Below are positions 8,720 through 15,037 of a DNA stretch of 15,037 nucleotides, piece by piece. Source of the stretch: an uncultured Gemmatimonadales bacterium (GTDB lineage Bacteria > Gemmatimonadota > Gemmatimonadetes > Gemmatimonadales > GWC2-71-9); the NCBI GenBank assembly GCA_963821525.1, contig CAWGED010000015.1:1-15037 (forward strand), read 5' to 3'. The notes under the pieces were generated by a model. The model made no database searches, was not told where the DNA came from, and saw only the letters and a program-made list of their open reading frames with translations. The translations under genes were made by a program, and so were the position numbers. Each line of letters opens with the position of its first letter. Position 1 is the stretch's first letter.

Positions 8720-9913
8720 GTGACCACCGTCGATTTGCTTCAACCCGGTACGAAGTTGCCCGCCTTGGGGGAGTCGCTAGAGATGCTCCAGGGCCTCGGC
8801 CGTTTGCATGCCGCCGGTCCACTGGTCGTGACATTGTATCTGCGGCTCGATGGAGAAGCTCGTGTCGGCAACCGGTACCGCCTCGCCGGACACGATGCCA
8901 TCCGGCGTGCTCGGGAGGTGGTGGATCAATTGGACCTTACCCACACTGATCGCGAGGCGCTGCATCGTGACCTGGCGAGGGTGGAGGCTCAAATCAACAA
9001 TGCCTCGACCCTGCCACACAGTCCGGGATTGGTGCTCTTTGCCTGCGAGTCCCTCAGCCTGTTCCAGTTGCTGCCGCTCCCCCGAGTTCTGGAGACCCGG
9101 CTTCTCCTCGGCGACCGGCCGCGACTGGCCGAGGCACGCGCCGCAGTCGAACAGTTTGGCCGGATACTGGTGGCGCTCGTCGATCGGACCCACTGCAGGT
9201 TCATTGAGGTGACCGCCTTTGAGGTGAACGAGTTGTCCGGGCTGACGCTGCCGGCTACCCGGGGCGGAAAGTACCATAGCGACCGGGAGGACTCTCCCGG
9301 GTGGGGTGAACGGGATTTCCACAACCGCATTCAGGAGGAGCGACGCCGGCATGCCGCCGTGGTGGCCCGCCGGATCGAGCGGCTTGGAGCAGAGCGGCAG
9401 TATCAGGGGATCGTCCTGGCGGGGCCATCGCGCACTGTGGCGGAGCAGCAGCGGTTCCTCTCCCGGTCCATCGCCTCCCGAGTGCTCGGGACGCTGCCGC
9501 TGAACCCGACAGCGGTGACACCGGCGGCAGTCGGGGAAGCCGTGTTAAAGCTCCGGTCTGTCTGGGAACGGTCTCACGAGGCAGAAGTCCTGGCCGAGGT
9601 GGAGCGGGGAGTAGGAACAGGCTGGGCGGTGAATGGCGCCCGATCGACACTCAGGGCGCTTGGTCGCGGTCAGGTGAGAGTGCTCATCGTGCCGGCGGGT
9701 CAGACTGGCGCCGGCTACCGCTGTGCAGCGTCCGGGAGACTCGTCCTGAGCGGGGCCGATTGTCAGCGCGAAGGCGAGCCGGTTCCGGTGCCGGACCTCG
9801 TGAGCGAAGTCCTGGAGGATGCCCTCAACCAGGGGGTCGAGATCGAGGTCATTGACGATCCGGAAACCGCCGGGGGCGTCGACGGCATGGCCGCACTGCT
9901 CCGGTTCCTGTAG
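8720..9913 (+). CDS. Bacterial archaeo-eukaryotic release factor-like protein (baeRF; Balon/Rv2629-like), three aeRF1-type domains
   Basis: N domain VVTLYL..PGLVLFAC; RNase H-like M domain LVALVDRTHCRFI..GIVLAGP; L7Ae-like C domain AVNGARSTLRALGRGQVRVLIV..LEDALNQGVEIEVI..GMAALLRF. AAAGGA RBS supports GTG at 8720; an in-frame ATG lies at 8687. Confidence 0.85.
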   Translation: MTTVDLLQPGTKLPALGESLEMLQGLGRLHAAGPLVVTLYLRLDGEARVGNRYRLAGHDAIRRAREVVDQLDLTHTDREALHRDLARVEAQINNASTLPHSPGLVLFACESLSLFQLLPLPRVLETRLLLGDRPRLAEARAAVEQFGRILVALVDRTHCRFIEVTAFEVNELSGLTLPATRGGKYHSDREDSPGWGERDFHNRIQEERRRHAAVVARRIERLGAERQYQGIVLAGPSRTVAEQQRFLSRSIASRVLGTLPLNPTAVTPAAVGEAVLKLRSVWERSHEAEVLAEVERGVGTGWAVNGARSTLRALGRGQVRVLIVPAGQTGAGYRCAASGRLVLSGADCQREGEPVPVPDLVSEVLEDALNQGVEIEVIDDPETAGGVDGMAALLRFL

Positions 9914-10055
9914 TCGGGACCAAGTTCGGAGGCTTCCTGACGGCGCCTCCGGCGCCGGAAACATTGATTTCGAATCGTTCACCCCGGTGCCGCAGCAGAA
10001 GCCCGTGGCGTTAGGTGGCCAACAATTGCCGTTATCGTCGAATAAGAGGTGAACT

Positions 10056-10415
10056 ATGAACAAGGCGGAACTGAAGAGCTTTGGGAAGCCGGATGAAGTT
10101 CGGGAGTTCCCAAAAGGACGACTGGAACTCATCAAGATCGGTGGCGCAGTAGTGGGACGTGCCATCTTCGAGCCTGGCTGGCGCTGGTTGAGGTCGGTGC
10201 AGCCCCTTGCAAAGACGAAGAGCTGTGAAGCGCCGCACTTTCAGTACCATCTGTCGGGCATGCTCAAGGTGGTAATGGACGACGGAACCGAGCTTGAGTG
10301 CCGACCTGGTGATGTGTCGCTTCTTCCTTCAGGTCATGACGCGTGGGTTGTGGGGGATGAGCCTGCGGTCGTCGTAGACTTTCAAGGGATGATCGACTAC
10401 GCGAAGACGCTTTAG
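10056..10415 (+). CDS. Cupin-domain protein
   Basis: GAGGT RBS; FEPGWRW..CEAPHFQYHLSG..PGDVSLLPSGHDAWVVGDEP cupin motifs; intact 119 aa. Confidence 0.9.
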   Translation: MNKAELKSFGKPDEVREFPKGRLELIKIGGAVVGRAIFEPGWRWLRSVQPLAKTKSCEAPHFQYHLSGMLKVVMDDGTELECRPGDVSLLPSGHDAWVVGDEPAVVVDFQGMIDYAKTL

Positions 10416-10468
10416 GCGGCCTGCACCAAGCCGTTATGCTCCACACCAGCCGCAGTAGAGGCGTTGAT

Positions 10469-10663
10469 ATGCCACACCGGATGGGCAAGGCCGGCCTTGT
10501 GCTTGGTTGGCTCTTGATCGCCATCGGGATCGCCTACCTCGTCCTGGGTGGACGTGGTGCGCTCGCCCAGGCCACAGGATCGCTGCCCCGCATCATTGTG
10601 GGCCTGGTCGCCGTCGTGGTGGGTAGCTCCATTGTGCGCTGGGCCAAGCGGGCTGGGGCATAG
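10469..10663 (+). CDS. Small two-TM hypothetical protein (64 aa)
   Basis: GAGG RBS before ATG 10469; hydrophobic helices LVLGWLLIAIGIAYLVLG and IIVGLVAVVVGSSIV. Confidence 0.6.
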   Translation: MPHRMGKAGLVLGWLLIAIGIAYLVLGGRGALAQATGSLPRIIVGLVAVVVGSSIVRWAKRAGA

Positions 10664-10820
10664 CAGCGCGCCTTGGCGTTGCGCGCGCGGTTCGTCCTCC
10701 TTGGCTCTCTGCACTTGCAGTCCTGTGCGGCGTGGGGCCTATGCTGTGAACACGCCGCCGCCTAACCCGGGCGTAAAGCGGTCGACGCGCGGTGGCGGCC
10801 TCCGCGGAGAGTCGACTGTA

Positions 10821-11479
10821 GTGTCATGGCACCCGATCGCCGTAACGCTGGCGCTAGCTGTCCTGACGGGCTGCGTCTCCGTCCGCTATCAGGACCCGGG
10901 CAAACCATCACGCCGCGCACGGAAGAGACCCTTGTTTTCGGGCGTGTTCGCTTCTTCCATGATGGGCGCGAGTTCTTCCCCTGGAACGTGAGCCTCGTTG
11001 AACCTGGGGTCGGGACGCATACTGAGCGGCACCTGTGGCTGCTGCGCCTGGGACGGCGCGCCGTCTCGGCCGAGGTGCATCCCGACCCAGATGGCTCGCT
11101 GGCGATCTGGCTCGCCAGCGGAGACTACGCCCTGCTCGGCAGCACGCAGCTTGCGACGTCGGGAGCGCCGCCGTACGAGGTGGTGGCACTCCTCCGGGTT
11201 CCAGCGGAGCCGGTCGCCGCGTATGTCGGAGACCTGAACATGAAGACCGAGAGCTACGAAGGCGGGCATCTGTCGCACGGTGAGCTCGGCGAAGAGTCGG
11301 TCACCCTGCTGCCGATTGACATCGCCCGAGCGACACTCGAGCAAAGGCTCGGGACGCTGCCGGAACCACCCGTCCTGTCGCCATGGTGCACCGGCGAGCA
11401 TTTGCCCGGCTTCAACGATGCCAAACTCGCGACCCGCGCCAAGGAACTCCTGGACCGCGGTTGTGCCGACGCGAGCTGA
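10821..11479 (+). CDS. Hypothetical lipoprotein, frameshift near 10900
   Basis: GGAGA RBS, GTG at 10821, then SWHPIAVTLALAVLTG-C (lipobox LTGC) VSVRYQDPG. A one-base shift joins it to ..QTITPRTEETLVFGRVRFF..AYVGDL.. of ORF 10826-11479. Confidence 0.65.
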
Positions 11480-11558
11480 GCCGATGGCAACCTCGGAGCC
11501 CTAACAATCCCTCGGACGTCATCCATCGCTCGTGGGGGCGGAGGACGTACTAACATAT

Positions 11559-13018
11559 ATGGCTGCAATGAATTCTGACCCGCAAGCCACGTTTCGCCGC
11601 ATCGCTGCATCCGGACCCCGTCGTTCTTGACCAGCTGCGTGTGGCGGAAAAGGTCGCGCTTGTTCTCTCTGGGTCCCTTGCTGGGCTGGTGCTGGCTGGT
11701 TGGCTGATCCCCGGTCTCGCAGTCGCGTGGCCGAACGCGTGGTCGTTGATGAAGGCGAACACCGCGCTCTGGGTTGTCCTCATTGCCGGAGGTCTCGCGC
11801 TCGCACGGCCCAAGCAGAGCACGAGATGGATCATCCTCGGCCGCGTGTTCGCCGGGGTAGTCATCGGGATTGCCGGCACCGCGATGTTCGAACACTGGAG
11901 CGGTCACAGCACGGGCGTCAGCACCCTGCTCGCGTCCGATCGCGACGTCGTGCGGCCAGGATTGATGTCACTGCAGTCAGCGATCGGCCTGGCTCTACTC
12001 GGCGTTGCGATGCTGATCGACGTCTCCCGAAGCGGCCCGTTAGGCGCAGCGTTGGACGCTCTCAGCGTCCTTCTCGTCTCATACACACTCGTACTCACCG
12101 CCGGCTACGTCTTCAATGCGCATAGTTTCGTCGGTCCTACGCCGACGATGCGCATGTCGCCGCAGACGTTGATATGTGTGGCGCTCCTTACCTTCGTCGT
12201 CACAAGCAGGCGCGCTCCCTACGGCGCGTTCGCGTCGCTGGTGGGAATCGGCATCGGTAGTAGGTTCGCGCGTCTCGTTCTTCCGCTCGCGGTCTTGCTC
12301 GCGTTCAGCTTCATCCTCGGCGGCGCGAACCTGTTGGCCTCTGGAACGGTGACGCTCCCCTATGCCGCCGCCATCACGGCATCGAGCATGGCCATCGTCC
12401 TGGTCGGAGTAGTTGTCCTACTGGCGGTGAAAATCAACCGACTGGAGGAGGACCTGCGCAGTCAATCGTTGTCCGACGAGCTGACGGGACTGCACAATCG
12501 GCGCGGCTTCTATTCCTGGGCGAGCAGGCCGTGCGCGATGCTCGGCGCAGCGCGAAGCCGGTGACCGTGTTGTACTTCGATGTGGATGAGCTCAAGCACG
12601 TGAACGACACGCTCGGACACGATGTCGGTTCGAGCTTGTACGCGATGTGGCGACGCTGCTGCGCTCGACCTTCCGCGTCAGCGACGTCGTTGGGCGCCTG
12701 GGCGGTGACGAGTTTGCCGTGTTCGCGCACGATAGTGATGACGACCTAAAGCCGCGACTGCATCGGTTGCAAACGGCCACTGATGCCATCAACCAGTCAG
12801 GCGAGAAGCCATATCTCATCAGCTATAGCGTCGGCCGGGCGACGTCGCGTATGGACTCCGACGAGACATTCGTCAAACTCGTTGAGCGTGCCGACGCCGC
12901 AATGTACATGCAGAAGCGCGAGCACCGCGCCGGTCGCAGTATGCGCGATCCTGCACGGCAGCCGAGTGCAGACGCGATGAGTCGTAGACGTCTCCTTTGT
13001 GGCTACGGAGCATGGTGA
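11559..13018 (+). CDS. Membrane-bound diguanylate cyclase (multi-TM N-terminus plus GGDEF); frameshifts at ~11605, ~12515 and ~12640
   Basis: About eight hydrophobic segments, then DELTGLHNRRGF, LYFDVDELKHVNDTLGHDVG, RVSD (RxxD I-site)-VVGRL-GGDEF (12701-12715), SYSVG, ADAAMYMQK. Confidence 0.9.
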
Positions 13019-13156
13019 TCTCGGGGGCGCTGGAATGTTAGACCATCCGGTCGGCTGGCGTGCCATATAGCCTGACGCCGCCCGCCTGAGCTTCGGCCGA
13101 ACCTCTGACACGCTGGCTGTTACGACCTCGCGCACACTCCGGCATGCCGAAGACAG

Positions 13157-13182
13157 AAGCCCCGCAACATTGTGCGGGGCTT
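13157..13182 (-). terminator. Terminator-like hairpin downstream of the truncated tRNA-Val (copy A)
   Basis: AAGCCCCGCA-acattg-TGCGGGGCTT; nearly identical to 14997-15022. Confidence 0.75.
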
Positions 13183-13196
13183 TCCGTTGAGTACGA

Positions 13197-13260
13197 TGGG
13201 CGATGGAGGGACTTGAACCCCCGACCTCGCGCATGTGAGGCGCGCGCTCTAACCAGCTGA
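13197..13260 (-). tRNA. 5'-truncated tRNA-Val(CAC) (pseudo-tRNA / att-type remnant)
   Basis: Minus strand reads TCAGCTGGTTAGAGCG CGCGC-CTCACAT-GCGCG AGGTC GGGGG-TTCAAGT-CCCTCC ATCGCCC A; anticodon CAC at 13235-13237. The expected first ~11 nt (GGGCGAT-TAGC) are replaced by unrelated sequence. No CCA; one extra nt in the T stem. Confidence 0.9.
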
Positions 13261-13271
13261 TTCGGGAAACG

Positions 13272-13304
13272 ACGGATGACGCGCTCGCCAGGCGCGCCAT
13301 CCGC
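13272..13304 (-). terminator. Probable terminator of the epoxide hydrolase gene
   Basis: Minus strand GCGGATGGCGCGC-ctggcga-GCGCGTCATCCGT (13-bp stem with G-U pairs) followed by CGTTT, about 25 nt after the stop. Confidence 0.55.
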
Positions 13305-13328
13305 CATACGACATTGAACTTCCTTGTC

Positions 13329-14687
13329 CTACCGCAACGACTTGAACCCTGCGCGGAGATCGCCCACCAGCAGCCCAGGCCGTTCCCATGCCGCGAAGTG
13401 CCCGCCCTTATCGTGCTTCTTGTAAAGGAGCAGATTGGAATAAGCCCGCTCGGACCAACTCCGTGGGAGCTTCGTAGACCTCTTCAGGGAAAACGCTGAC
13501 GACGGCCGGAACGGAGATCTTGAAGTCGTTGAAGAACGCGCCCTTGTATTCCACATAGAGCCGAGCACTGGACACGCCCGTGTTCGTCAACCACGCAAGG
13601 GTGATGTTGTCGAGGATGTCGTCCCTTGTGAGGTCGCCGTAGGGCACCCCATCGAGAAAGAGTTTCGCGATGTGCCGGTAGCTGGCCACGTCGTGGTCGA
13701 TCAACCAGGCGGCCAGGGCGATGGGTGAGTCCGCCAACCCGTACAGGGTCTGCGGGTGTGTGAAGCCATCATCACCTGCGTAGGGATCTGCCGGTACAGG
13801 GCCCCGAATCTGGTCGTATGCCCGCTGCTCCTCAGCCGAGAGACCGGCCGGCGGCGGCCCGCCGGACTGCAGCGCCTTGGTAACGTCAGCGGGCGCGGTT
13901 CCGGGGAAGTTCACGTGGATGCCGACCAACTCGGGGAGGTGCCTGCAGGAGCCATCAGGTTCGTGACGAACCCCACCCCAGTCACCGCCCTGCGCCACAA
14001 ATCGGGCTGTACCCGAGGCGCTTCATCAGCTCCACCCATGCCCGTGCCATGCAGAGCGGGGCTCCCAACCCGGCGGTAGTGGGTTTGCCTGAGAACCCGT
14101 AGCCGGCCATCGAAGGGATCACCACGTGGAAGGCGTCCGACGCGCTGCCACCGTGGAGCCGTGGGGTTGGTCAGCGGATCGATGATCTTCAGCTGCTCGA
14201 TGGGCGAGCCGGGCCAGCCGGTGGGAGGACGTGATGAGCGGCATCGCATTCTCCATGCTTTGAACGAATGTGCATTGAAATGAATGTCGAGGCCGTCGAC
14301 CCTCGGTGAAAAAATTGGGGTTAGGAGTTCAGCCTCGCCTCGACCTTGCGCCAGTCGTAGTCCGTCACCCAGTAGCGCGCGAGGTTCTGCATCATCGCCA
14401 GCTGGACACCCTGCGTGCCATCACTGACTTGTTTCCTTCTCGGGCCAAATTGTGGCTTTGACGCGATTGCGCAGCTCGGTCAGAGCGGAATCAGGAAAGC
14501 TCACATGAAACGGACGAATATCCTGTACCGGCTGGCGGGTCTTTCGTGCGGCATCAGCCAAAGTTGCAGTCTTAGTCCCAGTCCATAGCTCCAACCTCCG
14601 ATAAAGCGCGAAGAGTCCCAGCTCTGCCGGCGGGCAACGATTGCGGGCGGCACTACAAGACAAACGACGGCGATCACGATCGGACAT
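13329..14687 (-). CDS. Epoxide hydrolase (EHN domain plus alpha/beta hydrolase) with Tat-like leader; many frameshifts (sequencing error or pseudogene)
   Basis: GGAGGA RBS and ATG at 14687 (MSDRDRRR..). Motifs [65 protein letters not shown] (nucleophile Asp), [32 protein letters not shown] at 13329. Confidence 0.9.
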
Positions 14688-14799
14688 CTTAACAATCCTC
14701 CACTTGCGGGTTTGCGGGCATACAGGGGGCGTGGCTTGCGTCATCCACCAGCGGGCGGCCGACAAGTGCGGGATCCGGGGAAGTCGCGCAGGGGGCCAC

Positions 14800-14828
14800 A
14801 CTATTCACAACTCAAGGAAGTACGTCAA
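14800..14828 (-). promoter_or_regulatory. Possible sigma70 promoter for the epoxide hydrolase gene
   Basis: Minus strand TTGACG-17 nt-AATAGT, about 110 nt upstream of the ATG; pattern match only. Confidence 0.35.
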
Positions 14829-14896
14829 GCCCCGACAGTGACACACGTGTTACACGCGACTCCTCGTTGGGACTGGAGCCCCTGGTTGAGGTCAGC

Positions 14897-14965
14897 GATG
14901 GTATCGTCGCCAGAAAGGTCTACCCTGTCATGCTGCCCCACGTCGAATATCGGCTGACCGAGGCA
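14897..14965 (+). pseudogene. Internal fragment of an HxlR-family winged-helix regulator
   Basis: Translates DGIVARKVYPVMLPHVEYRLTEA, resembling the HxlR wing consensus DGLVxRxVYPEVPPRVEYxLTE; in-frame flanks are not HxlR-like. Confidence 0.75.
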
Positions 14966-14986
14966 CAGCTTCGCTGACACGCTGGA

Positions 14987-15022
14987 AAACGAAAAGAGCC
15001 CCGCACCATTGTGCGGGGCTTT
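14987..15022 (-). terminator. Rho-independent terminator (copy B) downstream of a second tRNA-Val 3' end
   Basis: AGCCCCGCAC-catt-GTGCGGGGCT, followed on the minus strand by CTTTTCGTTTT. Confidence 0.8.
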
Positions 15023-15028
15023 CTGTTG

Positions 15029-15037
15029 GGGCGATGG
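15029..15037 (-). tRNA. 3' tip of a probable second tRNA-Val copy, cut by the window edge
   Basis: GGGCGATGG is identical to 13198-13206 and sits next to the same terminator hairpin; only 9 nt are visible. Confidence 0.55.

Noticed and set aside
13037..13043. GTTAGAC as an integron core site after the GGDEF gene
   Set aside because: Isolated 7-mer with no matching partner or attC-like stem that I could find.

Overview
GC-rich bacterial DNA; gene content and style suggest Gemmatimonadota (inference only). Many recognisable genes carry 1-nt frameshifts, densest near both ends, which looks like under-polished long-read sequence, so most broken ORFs are treated as probably intact. Left to right: (i) 5' part of a secreted FG-GAP-repeat protein and a small membrane protein, both minus strand; (ii) two diverged direct copies of a DUF486-type DMT gene plus upstream region (1189-1597, 2922-3359) bracketing a cupin and an NmrA/SDR oxidoreductase, with a T18A25 tract exactly at the left edge of copy 2; (iii) an inverted pair of heptamer-repeat arrays; (iv) a stress/dormancy-type cluster of DUF2231-like membrane protein, tandem USP, P2A-type ATPase, BON protein and an aeRF1-like (baeRF/Balon-like) protein lacking GGQ; (v) co-oriented accessory genes (cupin, small membrane protein, lipoprotein, membrane GGDEF cyclase) with possible decayed attC half-sites; (vi) a 5'-truncated tRNA-Val(CAC) with terminator, repeated at the window end, enclosing a ~1.7-kb integrase-less islet with an epoxide hydrolase and an HxlR fragment. 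No integrase, transposase, reverse transcriptase or CRISPR array was seen.
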